In this document: in pieces, positions 39,583 to 53,330 of the stretch
How the letters are laid out: every line of letters starts with the position of its first letter
Numbering within the stretch: position 1 is the first letter of the stretch
Source of the DNA: Lama guanicoe
Lineage: Eukaryota
NCBI GenBank assembly: GCA_013239625.1
Contig: MU054391.1
Span: 2,075,130 to 2,139,129, forward strand
Length of the DNA: 64,000 nucleotides
Direction: 5' to 3'
Translations under genes and position numbers: made by a program
Notes under the pieces: generated by a model
Databases searched by the model: none
What the model was told of the DNA's origin: nothing
The model's input: the letters and a program-made list of their open reading frames with translations, nothing else

Positions 39583-42500
39583 TATTTCACTACCGCAAAC
39601 AGCCCCATGGAGTTAATACAGCGCGTTTCTATGAGCAAGCTCCTTTACCTGTCACAGCGCATCTGCGGACTGAGTACTGTCTAGGTTTCACAGAGGAAGT
39701 GACTGAATGCCTGGAATTCAGTAATTTGCATGACCAACTGGGACAGTCACGGCTTGAGCACAAGTCCGTTGAATGCAAACCCAGTGCTTCACCAGCTACA
39801 AATTATTTCCAGTTTTGAAATGTAAAATGGTTTTCCATATTACTGTCTTTCAGTAAATACTCCTAGGCTTAGGGTGCAGATATCACGGATTTTTTTTTTC
39901 ACTGATAAGATTTTCTTTTCTACCATATTTCAGAGACATTTATATGTATTCACTTTTCTGTCATATAATGTACAACTCAAAATTATAAACGATGAATATT
40001 TCAGTGTAATTTAGTCAGGACACAGAAAGGAAAAGAGAATTTTTATGATATAACTGCATTTCTGATAAACGTAGATTTTAGTAATCATCGCCTGAATTTA
40101 AAATCATCACCTTTTTCAGTTTGAATTATTTATTCCCTTTGAAGTCATATTTGACTTTGCAAGTGACGAGCCTTTTAAGTGAAAAATGCGTGTAGATCTG
40201 GGCAGGAAGCACAGCTTCGTGACGCATTTCCTCACTGTGGACGCTTCAGGCCATTGTCACACACCCGTAGCTGAAACACACCAAGTTCCTTTTTTAACTC
40301 GCTGATGACAAGGCCTGCTGTCCGTTTACGCTGCACAGGTTTACCTCTGATGCAAAACCACGTTATTGTTGAAGGGGCCTTACTCGTTACCAGGATGAAA
40401 CTGCCCATTTTCTTGGTGCCGATGGAAGCCGGGCAGGATGCTGTTGATTCTGGCTTGTTTAGAGGCCAGGCCAGATGTCAAGGACCCTTCATGCCTCCGC
40501 CCCTCAGCTACAACACCAAACTCCAGCCAGCCTTTAACCTTCCGAGTTCTGCTCCCATCGAATGAGGGAGTTGGTCTTCACCCTGTTTCTTAGACCAGGC
40601 GGTGAGCCACAGCCGCCCGCCGAGGAGGGGAGGGGCAGGAGGGCACATTCCTTGTCTGACTCTCTCTCTGTAAGTTATGCCCTGCAGAGGAAATGTGTAA
40701 CTGCTGAAAACTGCTAAAAAAAAATCAAGCATCAAAAATAAATTAACTGTAAAACCCCAGAGTCATCTTTTAATGTCACATAATGGATGTGACTTCCTTA
40801 CCTAATTCTCCTGACGGCAAAATTCATGTTTATCCTGGTTGGCAACCCCTCACACTTAAAATGTGGGATGTAGCAGGTGCGCTTGAAAGAAGCGTTTGCA
40901 TCAAAGGCTTGCATGTTGTCTGGGAGCTGAAATATGAGAGAACACTTTTTTTTTTAAGGAGTAACTAAAGTTTTCCTTTATTTTTATCTGTATAGATTTT
41001 CTCCACTAACACACTTTTGCTGCAGTGGTACCTGTCTCCTTATATAACACACGAGAGAAGATTATTAACAATTTTTTTTAAAAGTGGAATCATCCTAAAT
41101 GGAACAGTGTTGCTGGTGCTCTGGGGTCAGAGCCTAGGTCTGTGCCTGGGTTTCAGTTTCCCTTCTGCTGGCCTTGTGACCTGGAGCACATTCCTGTAGC
41201 CCCCCAGTGACAAGCCTCCCCTCCTCCCTGGTAAAGGGAGACCTTTTGAGTCCCTTGTCATAGTTTTTATCAAGGATCAAAATCTTAGACCTTTGCTTGG
41301 TGCACAACACTCGTCAGGGTTACACGTGCTTTTCAATAGTCATTCACTGAGATCGGGCAGGGCTGTGTGGATTCCCTTGCCATGATGCTGGTGTGTGAGC
41401 TTTGTGCGATTTTGGGGAGATCTTGGCACACGTGACTCACCCACGCCCTGGACCCCACTCCGACAGCTCCAGGTGTCCAGGTCTGTGTTTGTTTCATTTG
41501 CTCCCACGGTGAACCTGCACCCACGATTGTGATGAATTGCTGTGCAGAATGAAACTTTTTTTTTAAACATCAGTTAAGCCACCTTAAACAAATATTTCTT
41601 TAAACCTCAGCGCCTGGTATTTGAACCTTGACCCCTTCAGATAAAAGGCATCAGAAGCCCCTCTGCGTGCCTGAGCTCCCTCCTTCAGGGGCTCAGCCCT
41701 CAGGCTGCCAAGCGAGACGTCGCAGAAGGTGGCGTGAGTTTTCAAGCCTCTAAAATCAGATTTCTCTTTAGGCTCTGTCAAGACTTCAGAGGAGAACCAC
41801 ATCAGTTCTTCATTATGCTCTGTTCATACTCTGAATGCATTTGTTATCTTTATAGAAAATATTTTGTCTTGACTTCAAGATTGAATTGTTTTTTTTTCTC
41901 ATTTACTACGAGACACTCAATGTGCATGCAAGTACATGTCCCACGTTTCAAATCTAATTCTAGTGAAAGGGGAAAAACTGTATTTTTTGTGGAAGTCCTC
42001 TTTGGGTCTAGTGCTAGCCTAACTTTGCTTAGGGCCCTTCTCAGGGCCTCGAAGGCCACTTTGTGAAGTAGCGTCTTCCTTGCAGCCCTGGCGTGTGGCG
42101 GACCCGTGTCTGACCTGAGCCTGGCGCTGCCAGGCGGTGGACGACGCAGGCTGGCCGAGGTCTGAGCACAGCTGGCACCGCAGCTCTGGACCTGGCTTCA
42201 TCACCCTGCGGGGGGCCAGTCTGCGGCCAGCAACGGAGGGAAAGAGGAGTCCACGGGGGTTAGTAGATGACTCCAGGGGTCTGTCCTTCTATTAAACCCA
42301 AACCCAAACCGAAAACAAACAAACAGAAAAGGCCTCTTTGGTCAAAGAGCTAGAAGAATTTATTTGTAGACAATCACGGACACGTGGGTAAGGGGTGTTA
42401 AAAAGGTTCCGTGCCTCTCTGTTCCAGCATTTCCTAACTCTGCAGTTGAGAAGGTGAGGCACCTCGAAGGTCTTCGCGTGTGCAGTCAGCGCAGCTTAAC

Positions 42501-42765
42501 AAAGACAAAACTGCTTCTGCGTGAAAGGCAACGCTTCTACCCAGGAGTCAGCTGTTTAACCGGCCTTCATGCTGGAAATTCCCTGTTTCTTGTAAATTTC
42601 AGTGGGAAAGGGTTGCTCGTTTTGAAGTAAACATTTTAACTCGATATATTTTTGCTGTATGTTCAGTGGGTGGGAGTTTTCAGTATACACACATTTGCCC
42701 AGTGTCAATGGCATTAAGTATTTTCAGGGTGTCACTGCTGTACGAAACTGGATGTTTGATAAAGG

Positions 42766-43370
42766 GGTAGACAGAATTCTAAGCTGACCCCGGAGCTCCC
42801 TGGCCCTGTGTGTGCAAATGTCTCCTTCCAGGATTCAGTCCAGCGCTAATCTGTGGACTGCAGTGAGAGGACTGTGCACGTGTGGTTAGGTTCCCAGCCA
42901 GCTGACCTTGACTTAAGGAGACTATCCTTGGTGGGCCTGACTTCATCAGGTGGTGGGCAGGGCTCCCCCTGGCAAGAGAGATTTTAGGTGTGAGGGGGAT
43001 TCAGCACACGGAGGGGGGGGGTCTCTGTTACTGTATTGAAAGATGGGAGCCATGTGGCCAGGAATGCAGGGACCTCAAGTTGCTGAGGGGGCCCCCCCAG
43101 TCAACAGCCAGCAAGGAAACAAGGATCCCTGCTCTCCGACCACTAGGATGTGAGTCTGGCCACTGACTGAAGGAGTGTGGGGTGGGTTCAGCCTCCCAGG
43201 TCTCCAGGTGAAAACGCAGCCTGACTGACAGCTGGGTCTCAGCCCCTGGCGGAGAGCCCGGCCACGCAGCGCCTGCACTTCTGAGCCACAAAACTGCAGG
43301 CTAGTGAATAGGTCTTGCTGTAAGCTTTACATGTGTAATAAATTATTACTTAATGATAGAAAATAATACA
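42766..43370 (+). mobile_element. MaLR LTR (MLT1E-like)
   Basis: 'tagacagaattctaag...gctgaccttgacttaaggagactatccttggtgggcctgac...cagtcaacagccagcaaggaaaca...gatagaaaataataca'. Confidence 0.75.
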
Positions 43371-43679
43371 AGAAGAATCGATTTTCCAGACGTCTGTGAA
43401 GTCGAGGTGTTACTCCTGGACGTAGGACACTTTGTCCCCAGTATGTCCCTCGATTTCCTCTACAATCAGAGAGCAGGGAGGCCAGGACCCTTGGTGAGAA
43501 AACATTGAAGGTGCACCTTGGGATTAACAGAGCTCTTTCGACCCTTACTCGATCTCCATTCCCACTTTTCAAGTGGCGTCTCAGAGACAGAAAAGGGCCA
43601 GGCAGCTCCAGCTGTTCAGACTTCGGTTCTCCCGGAGCGCTAGTCTTGTTCCGCATACTGTTTTTAACTAAGAAGTTTT

Positions 43680-44046
43680 GCCTTTTCGAGGAGTTTTAGG
43701 TTTATAGCAAAACTGAGTGGAAAGGACGGAGGTTTCCCGCAGGTCTGCCCCACTGTCGCGTCCCTCAGCACGGCGGCCCGCGCGCTGTCGCCGCCGGCCG
43801 CCCACCGGTGCGTCGCGGTCGCGGTGGCCGCCCGAAGCCCGCGCCTCGCGTCACAGGGCCTCCAGCTGTGCCCGCGCGGCAGGCTTTGGCAAACGTGCAC
43901 TGACGTGCACCCTCGCGGGCCTCTTTACTGCCTCCAGAGGTTTGCCTTTTCCAGAACGTCCTGTGGTTGGAGTCGCACAATATGCAGGATTTTGAGATCG
44001 GCTCAGCTCACTTAGTGATAATGCCGCCATGTCTTTGTCTTTTTAG
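43680..44046 (-). mobile_element. Ancient LINE-1 (L1MC1-3-like) 3' UTR, now extremely GC/CpG-rich
   Basis: Flanks 'agttttaggtttatagcaaaactgag' and 'tttgccttttccagaacgtcctgtggttggagtc...tcacttagt' match remembered L1MC 3' consensus. Confidence 0.7.
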
Positions 44047-45459
44047 TTGAAGTGGACGAAGGTGTGCCCCGCAAGCCTGGGGAGCCAGGCATCGCTCTCC
44101 CCCACAGTAGGAGCTGGAAGACATGCTCAGAGCCCAGCTGACAGCCAGCAAGCACACACGGCGGAATCCACTGCTTAAACGGCTCCAGAGAAAGGCTCCC
44201 ACGGCCGGGCCTGCTGGCCGCACGGGGGCGCTCAGAACGAAGCAACCGAGTACGCGGGGCTCCGTGTGGGCACGGGGTGCCTCTGGCAACGCCAGGGGCT
44301 TTACCGCCCATTTGGCGGTCGTCCTGGCGCGGACGGCCTTTACCGAGAGCGCTCCGCGGGCACGTCCCGAGGGACATAAGCCTCGCCGCGGCGGGCTCTG
44401 CAGGAGCGGCTGTCCACGTTACCGCCCTTCCACGTGCGAGTTCTGCAGATGCTGCTTCACGTGCTGCAGCCAGCCGCGCCACTTCCCGGCAAGAGGAGTA
44501 CGCGCGCGGTGAAACCGTAAACTAATTAGAAGCGTAAAAGCCAGTTACGGATCATCACAGGGAGGCCGCGGTAACCTTCCAGGGAGCCTCTTTCTAGGCG
44601 GGGTTCCACGCTTTTATACGCATTTAGATTCCATGTATTTTTATAATAACTTCAGGTTCCACGTGCTGTCTGATCATCTGCCCTCTCACCTAACAGCTCG
44701 GGGAAGTGTTTCCACTTCACCAAATACAGAACCTCATTACTGATTTTAATAATATCCTTGTGTGGGTAATCTATATTTTTGCAAAACCAATTTCCTACTA
44801 ATGGACATGCATGTTTTTTCCCAAAATGTCACTGTTCTAAAGGTTGCTTCAGTGCCAGTATCTGCTTGCACAGGAGTCTTCTCTTGTATCCACACAGCAT
44901 TTTAAACCGTGATAGCTAAGTGCCTGGAGTCTGAGCTCTTGTATGGAGTGATGACATGTCAGGAATATAAGAAAACCGTTTGTTGAAAGTGAATGATCCT
45001 TCATGATTCTGTTGGGATCGAAACATTTCACTCTAAGTTGACTTAAGCAGAAGTCTTTGCCAGAAGTATGAGGTGTAGACAGAGGTCTTTATGCAAATTC
45101 TCAGGTTCCAGCCCCAGGGAGAGCGCCCTCACACGGCAGAAGTGAGGAACAGGCTGTGCTCGGGGGAACCTGTGCTTCCCTGCGAGGTGTTTGTAGACTT
45201 GCTGCCCAGTTTGCCTGACAGCAGAGATCAGTTCACTCACACAAGTAACCTCTGACAGAGGCTTCCCGGCACTGGGGCCGGCGTCTTCTCTTCTCCAGGA
45301 GGGCAGAGTGTTCACACCCCCCCGCCCCCCGCCCAGGCTCGTCGCTCTGTGCCTCGGCCCAGGGCACTTTTCTTTCTCCTTTTTCACGCCCAGTAATGTG
45401 CTTATTTCTATCACACAGAGAGATCCATGCCAGCCCAGTGTCTCCCTGACAGCCTCAGC

Positions 45460-45462
<3 letters not shown>

Positions 45463-45492
<30 letters not shown>
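45463..45492. repeat. (TG)~15 microsatellite
   Basis: Read directly. Confidence 0.95.
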
Positions 45493-45496
<4 letters not shown>

Positions 45497-46519
45497 AGTT
45501 TCCAACTGAATTATTTTGAATTTGTTTTTTGGGAAAACCTTTTCTCTCTCTCATATACACATGACAGATGTGTAATTACATTGTTACGACGAATTATTTT
45601 ATTGTAAATCAAGTGTAATTCCAAATTATTTTTTCTTGTTTGACAATATCTGCATGCAAGCTCGTTGAAATGTCAGGTCTTACAGCGATCCAGAGAACAA
45701 AAACCCCCAGTTCTACAGGCGCTTCCAGGTCCAGGACCTCAACTTCATGTTTGTTCATTTGTGTCTCTGGCAGATCACATCTTCTTTGTGACCTAACCCC
45801 GCCGCTATCTTCCCTCATCTTGAAAACCAGAGCTGAAGGTCTTCCACTTGCCAGGTAGCTGTGGGAAACCACCGGGATGGACAAAAATAAAGTGTAAGGC
45901 GCAGAGTAGGTGCTCACTAAATGGCAACTCAGTTTCACTGTTTGTTAAACGTTTATTTGGTGAAGCAGTCATCCTTCCATGTTGTGTGTTAAGAAACGAA
46001 GCTTTTTCCTTTTGCCTAGAGAATCTTCAGTGGCTTCTGCAGCAGACGTAATCTGTTGTCTACCCACCAGCACTTTCCTCTTCTTCCTTTTAAGAACACC
46101 CTGATTTTGTGCAAAGGAAAACACCTTCAAGGTAGCTGAGCCTTGCCTCCCCGTGGGAGAAAGCCGCCAGCCATGGATGAACCCAAGCCTAAATGCCGTG
46201 CTCGCAGTGAATGGCTGGAGAGTGGAGGACTCGATTCTGTGTAGTTATTGGGACGTGGGGGAATCCAAAGAGAACTCATTTCTCCACAACCCAAATCAAG
46301 ACACGGTTTTCTCCTTCCTCCTGCTTTAAATCACTTGTATGAGGGTTCAAAGCTGGGACCATCGCAAACGTCTTGCCTACATGAGACATCAAGAGTTTAA
46401 AAGGCTAGCACACTGTGTATGTCCAAGTGGAGAGAAGTCCTGGGTCCTTGGCGAAACTCTTTTTCTGTCCTTCAAGTCCCGTTCTCATCCAGACTGTGGC
46501 CATCTCTCCCTGGTCTCTG

Positions 46520-47140
46520 GTCACCCCGCCTCATCGCTGTTTCTCTGCTGGCCTCTTCTCACTCACAGCATCCAGGTAGCTCTTGTTAGAATGTCGTTTA
46601 CATGAACCCCCCTCCTCTCTTCGCAGTTCCCTCACAGCACCCCCTCAGATGTGGGGGATGACAGGCCAGCCTTGCGGGATCTGCCCTGTCAGCCGTCTCA
46701 GAGCCATTTTTAACCAGTCCTTTTCCTTCTCTGCTCCAGCCCAGCTGGCCTGCCTGGAGTTCTTTGTACACACCAAGCTCGCCTCTGCCTCAAGGACTTT
46801 GCATGACCTGTTTATACATTTTTTTTTCCAGGTCCTCTGAGCTGTCATCTTCTCAAAGTGGCCCTGCCTGTCATGTCCAACTAAAACATCACCCCACTGT
46901 GACCCACCTGCTCTCACCGGTCACAGCCTACCCTCCTGGGTCTGCAGTCAGCTCCACTGCTCCGCCCCGTCTTTAGCGCTGACACGTGTTACCTGCATGC
47001 TCACTTGCTGTTGTCAGCTTCCCTCGCTGGAATGCAAGCCCTGGGAGGCTGGTGGCGCACCTACCTTGTTCAGTGTTACGTCCCTGGGTGTCTGGCATGT
47101 AGTACACCTATCAGTACACCTAAATATCTGGGGGTGTATA
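46520..47140. mobile_element. LINE-2 3' relic
   Basis: L2-like 'cacaccaagctcgcctctgcctcaaggactttgca', 'ggaatgcaagccctggga...cttgttcagtgttacgtccc...tctggcatgtagta'. Confidence 0.55.
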
Positions 47141-49498
47141 AATTAATTAACTAATCCTTGCAGAAAAGTTAAATTAAGGGTAGAATTTTTTTAGTGCAAT
47201 TCAATAGCTGCGGTTGAAGCACGGTGTCTATATGTGTATGTATCTATTTACCCTACGCATATGGAATTTTTTAATGGGGAAAATCATACTGAATCTTTTT
47301 CTTGGACTTTCAGAAACAGAGTAATTTCTCTGGGAGACAGCCTTTGGCAAGATCTTAGTAGGCTGGGAATGTTTTACACCAGCATTCGGTCTGCAAACAT
47401 TTGCAGGGAACCTACAATGTAAGGGACACTTGTGTAAGTCTCTGAGGACAAACATATGAATTTGACATTCTCTCCCATAAGTGGGATTTAGCAAAAACAA
47501 AGGGAGGTGAGTGTGCGTGGTGCTTTGGGAGAAGACTGCACGCTGTCGGGTCAAAGCATCTTTAATGGCCAACTTTTAGGAACAGCATTTGATGACATGC
47601 TTAACTTTTAATAAATGACAAATAAAAGTTGAAAATAATCTAAATTCCTACTCATTTTAAACTCCTGTTCTTTAATGTTCAGGTAGGTGTTTGATAAAGA
47701 GTTTATTGTGAGTTTAAAAAAAAGCATGCGGAACTCCAGGCTTCCTGTCCTTTTCGCTGTTCTAATGGATGCAGCATTTCCAAGGGACCAAGAGAAATAA
47801 TGAGAAATGTAATGGACCCTGACCTTACTGTGAATAATAAACACCTTCCAGCAGTGCTAAGTGGATGCTAAATATATAAAGCTAATTATTTCCTGAACTG
47901 GTGTCCTCCAGAGATTAAATTGCAGTTTATCTTCTGCCCACTCTCTTACAGCAAAAATTCTCCAAGCAACCTGATCTAAAAGTAGCAACATCTGTGGAGA
48001 GCATTCCTGCAATGTTAGTCCCTGAATATCTTTTTGGGGGACTTGAATTACGTGGCCAATTATTTCAAGCGTCCACTTCCCTCTGCTTGCATTGACCTGA
48101 TTAATGCACGGCTCTTTACTGTAACATCTCAGCAGGGATCTCGCACAGCAGGGAAACACACCATCGGAACTGTCGGTTCCAGGCTCAGTGCTGAAGCGCT
48201 CATGCCATTGAAGGGACGGGCGCGGAGTGTCCGTGCGTCCCAGCGAGCGGCCTGCGCTTGGTTTTCCGGGGCTCGGGTTTACTTCCTGGCACTGCTGACT
48301 GCTGTGGGGCCCCAGCCAGAGTAATGAAAGTGAGTTCTGGGTCTCTGTGTGGGAACCACCAGATTGCTTCTCAAAGTCTGATGGCTACCAAGAGGGAGAG
48401 GAAAATACAAAGAGAGGAAATTAGTTCACACACTAATGATTTTTTTAATTAGTGTTTAAAAATCTGAACTTCAGCAGTGTGTTTCCCTGAAGGGAATGGC
48501 ATAGAATGATTCAGGTAATCAGAGGGAGTGAACACAGGACAACAAACTTATGGACATAATGCAGTAGATGATGTCTGAAGGTCATTGGCAGCCGTCGAAC
48601 ACAGGCCCTGGGGCTGTTAAGAGAAAAGACTGGTTTGATATTGTTGGGGTTTTTCTCCTAAAAAGAAACAGGAGCAATCACAAATACAAGATAAAGGATG
48701 ACAGGTCAGAACAATATATCCCTGAAAGGGCATTAAATGCTCTTTGAATATAAATTGGCAATTATTAATATTTTTAATTTGCTGTGTGTTATAGATCATA
48801 CTTTTATTGTGTCATCTCCCAATAAAACTGGAAAGTTAAGCTAACATTTTTAAGGATAATTATTATAGTTTTTTCTAGGTATGATTATGATGACATATAT
48901 AATAGAGCTTTAAAGAAATAATAACGCCATCGAAGTGTCATTCATTCATCTTTTACAGCATTTGTGACTATAAAATGTTCCATATACCAAAAGAGGAATG
49001 AACTTCTAAATACATGCATCATAATAATAATTTTGAATATTTTCCTTTGGAAGAAACTTTTTTAAATCTAGAAATGGAAATATGTACATTTGCATGTATT
49101 CTGGATCCATCTATCATGAGTTCAGAATAAAGCCTTCAGAGAATAAATTTTAAACACGGAAGAGACAGGGCCGCTGGTTTGGAGCTCCACCCCAGCTACC
49201 GCTGCAAAAGGCTGCTGATGCCAAGACGGTGTCCTCGGTTTTAACTGGGGTGCACGTTGGTCACAGTCAGCCGCTGAGGCTGGGGACACGCCCTCAGACA
49301 GGTCCTGCAGCCATGGACCTCAGAGAAGCAGCTCTGGTGGTCTCTCTGCTTTCAGTCTCGGTGTCCCAGACTCTGTGCTCCATCTTCGTACCAACCCAGT
49401 CTTCAAAAATACCATCTAGCTGAGGCCATTTGGCTGCTGAAAAGAAACCTTCATTAGCCGATGGGACACGCCTTAGATTTTTTTTTTTTCCCCGCTCC

Positions 49499-49873
49499 GT
49501 GGACTAGTCTGCTGGGGCTGCATAGCGAAATACCAGCCTGGGCGGCTCAAATGGCAGAAGTTTGTTTTCTCAGCTCTGGAGGCCAGAAATCCAAGGCCAG
49601 GTTGTGTGCAGGGCTAGCTTCTCCGAGGCCCCTCTCCTTGGCCTGTGGGCGGTCGTCTTCTCCCCGTGTCCTCACGTGGTCGCCCCTCTGTGCGTGTCCA
49701 TGCGCTCACCTCCTCTTCTGACAAGGCCCCCGGCCTGCAGGACTAGGCCCTGCTCTGCGGCTGCATTTGTCTCAGTGACCTCCTGAAAGGCTCTTTCTCC
49801 AAGCACACGCTAGGCTGCTGGGGGTTCGGGCTTCAGGGCACGAGTTTGCGGGGACACGGTTCAGTCCGCAACA
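49499..49873 (-). mobile_element. MaLR LTR (MLT1A-like)
   Basis: 'ctctggaggccagaaatccaag...gtcttctccccgtgtcctcacgtggt...ggggacacggttcagtccgcaaca'. Confidence 0.8.
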
Positions 49874-52800
49874 CTTCTCACCCAAGCCTGCAGCAGCCTG
49901 CCTGCTACGTTTCCAGTCTAAGTCCTGACCGCTCCCTCGTGCGGGCAGTTGGAAGCAAGCTGGATTTGGGGTGTCTGGTTCCCACCTTCACTCGGTTGAG
50001 AGCCTGTGGGCATGTAATTTGGACACGCCAGCTGGGCCCTCTGTCCCTGCGTCTGTCAGAGGGAGATCCCCTCTGCCCGCTGTAGTCCCGGCCCTGCCCT
50101 CTGCTGTCCCTTAACCCTCCCCTCTGGTCCTCTTATAGCTGATTATATAGGAAAGCATGTTGTCACATTTAACTCGACAAATAGTATGGGCTTTTCAATG
50201 ATACGGGTTTTTCCCTTGCATTTGTTGGTTCCTACAGAACATGTAACATAGTAGCCTATATTAAATTTATTAATTCACTGAAATTAAATCAAATAAATTA
50301 TTCACCAATGTTCCTGTGTTTTTGGTGGCACCTGGGGATTTTGTAGAAGAAAGATGCTTTGTGGATACTTCGCACGTCCTGTAACAGCCAAGTCCTATTT
50401 TAAGAAGAGGCATCATTTTCACGCAGTGGAATCATTGAACAAACGTGTTCAGTTTTTCCAGAAAATTATATTTTGAGGTCAAGGAAAGTATTTTTTTTGG
50501 TGGGGGTGGTAGGGGATTCATAGAGACTATTTCTCTGCTTCTCAGTTCTATGTAAGGGACTTCTAACCAGGGCCTCTCTGCTCTTGTCACCGGACATTTC
50601 ACTATTGATGGAAGAAATAAGTCAGCACTTTGTCTTAGGCGAAACTCTCAGAACACAGGACTCACTGGTCCCTGACACGGGGACCGTCAGCAGCGTCTTC
50701 AGAGGAAGAGCACAGCCCACGTTGGCAGCCTCGGCGCGGGGCCACGCTAGACGCTCCGAGTCAGGGGCAGGGCCGAGCTCACACCTTAGGTCCGTTCTGC
50801 ACCCTTACCTACGCTGTGCAGCACACACACCCAGGCACGCGCACACGCACACGCACGAGTGCACACTTGCATGTGCGCCTCCCTCCCACTGCAGGTGAGC
50901 TGACTCTTCCCCCTGCAGCCGTCTCCCTGTCACTCACTTGCGGGGTGCCGCTCTCTCCCTTTCCCCTTGGGAAGCTGCCCCACGTGTGGTCACTACCGTT
51001 AGAACCCACGGGGGGAGGGGTCCCACGGGAGGGGCCACCTCCTGGCTGGGGGACCTGTGTCCTGACGGCTCGCGCCCGTTGGAGGAACCCGCGCTGGGCT
51101 CAGCATGCTCTCTGTCTTCAGTCAGTTTCTCCAGGAAGGACGAGCAGTTGTTCGGGGCGGACAGTTAGCTGTTTGTACCACAGCTGGCTTTCTGTCCCCT
51201 CATACAAAACCCCCTTGCACCCACTCTTAGGGCATGACTCTAGGCTCCATACACATGCTGGGTTCATGAGAGCCCCCCGTCTCTGAGCTATCTTCCCCGT
51301 TTGGCCCTGATAGGGCTCCATGAAGCCGAGCAGCTTGCAGATTAAAAGACAAGTGATCTGCCCTCCCTGGGGCTCCGCTTCTGTTCTGGTCTGGCTGCGA
51401 GGCCCACTCCTGTGAGTTCCGGAGGGCGGAGGGGCAGATACTACTCCTTCTCCTGCAGAGGGGGCAGGTGCTCCCTGGGGTCTGCAGAGGACCCGTGACG
51501 CCGGTGCTCCCCAGTCATCTCTGGGCCTCTGGGTAGCAGGTGCAGTTCAGACCTTTGCAACCTCAGCTGCATCCGTCAACTTCTGAGTCAAGGGTTCTGG
51601 TTCCCTTGACTTTCATTTCTTCAGACTTTTCATTTGCCACGTAAGTTCCCAAATCACTCCTTTATTTTTTGTTTGCTTCCGTGCCTCGAGTGGTCCTCCT
51701 CTCTTTACTGAATCCTGACAGGCCCCCCAGGCACGTTTCACATAAATCCTGTGAGTTGGAATGATCCCCAGTCTCAGTGGTAATCCATCCGTCATCATCG
51801 CACGTAACTGTCCCCCGAGTGTCTGCGCGTTTTAAAGGCGGGGACTTTGTGGTCTTATCTCCGCAGTTCTCGCGCCTGACAGGCCTGACTGACAGGTGTC
51901 TGACAGAAATAACTCAATCACGGTCACACGGCTCATGAGCAGCCAACAAAGTCAGAGTCCAGGTCCACCTGGCGCTAAAATCCACTCATACTCCCAACCA
52001 GCCAATGTTCCATGAAAAGCTACCTTTAAGGTTTTATTTGCGAGCAAGCCAGAGAACACTGGGGCAGTCGCTCTCCCAGGCATGACACAAATCACATGAT
52101 AATGAAAATGACAAGTAAGGTTGGTGATGCCATGGAACACGCAGCGCAGATGCTGCCGAACTGGTGAGGCTCATCTTTGGATCGGAGCGCATGCTGTTTC
52201 TGTAAATGCGGGTCTGTCTGCTGTGATGGCGTTGCTTCAGTTCCACAGCGCACGCTCAGCACGCCGTCCTGCTTCATACACAAGCAGCTTCCGAGCACTC
52301 TCTGGCCTTTCGGGGTGCAGCTGCGTCCTCTAAGGCGGGAGGCGGAGGCGTGCCCTCCCCGTCCTTCATGTTTGCGCAGAGCAGGGAGAGAAGAGGGTGC
52401 GAGCTCACAGCTGAAGGTGCTCCCTGTGGCATAAATCTTCAGGGAAAGCGAGACTCTGACCTCCAAACGGCCTGCACGTTGCACACCATGTGCTGCGTGG
52501 CGTAAATCCTGAACCGCGGGAGCCCAGCGGGAAAGTGACAGCGGCCACATCCTCGAGCTTCCGCTCCCTCGTCCTGATGGAATTTTCTAGACCCCGAACT
52601 TCCCTGTCTTTATGGGTTTCTAATTTCTTCCACAACGAATGTCGAAAATCCCTCTTCAGTAAATTTGAGTTGGGTAATTTAACTCAGTGACACTTAATCC
52701 GTGTTTTAAAGGAATTAGAGCAAGAAAAGAGAGCGGAAAAAGCGTATCTCCCAGTGCCCATCAAAAATTGATTTTGACTTTGTAGATGAAGAGGGGGAAT

Positions 52801-53135
52801 CACCAGCGAAATGGACCAGGCTGGATGCCAGGACAGCTTCACTGCTGATTCCACTTCCCATGAATTAAAATATTATCTTACATTATTTATCCAGTTTTCC
52901 TTTTGGAAATTATTCTACAAGACAGCTTTCAAGACCCAAACAGCACCAAAAATTCCTAAGAATGTTACAAATATCGCATATTTGCTGTATCTTTATGTCA
53001 CTGTGGACAATATTAATTCTTCCATTTTTTAATTATAATTTTATTTGAATTATCTTATTATGAGATAAAAAACAATGAACAAAAGTTATTTGGAGCGAAG
53101 AATTTGAGTCAATCAATATATTTAGAAGGTACGAA

Positions 53136-53330
53136 CATAGAATAGATCAGCAAGATTGTACTGTGCAGCCCAGGGAAATATATACAGGATCTTGTGGTGG
53201 CTCACAGTGAAAGAGAATGTGACAATGAATGTATGTACGTTCACGTATAACCGAAAAATTGTGCTCTACACTGGAATTTGACGCAACATTGTAAAATGAC
53301 TATAACTCAATAAAAAAAAGTTAAAAAAAG
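53136..53330 (+). mobile_element. Young camelid-type LINE-1 3' UTR fragment
   Basis: Aligns by eye to 8642-8832 and 21490-21673; AATAAA plus A-tail; degraded TSD TAGAAGGTACGAA (53123-53135) / TAGAAGATACAAA (53347-53359). Confidence 0.9.

Noticed and set aside
44047..44141. Acceptor plus short open frame (EVDEGVPRKPGEPG...)
   Set aside because: The acceptor derives from antisense L1MC sequence, the frame stops quickly, and there is no other support
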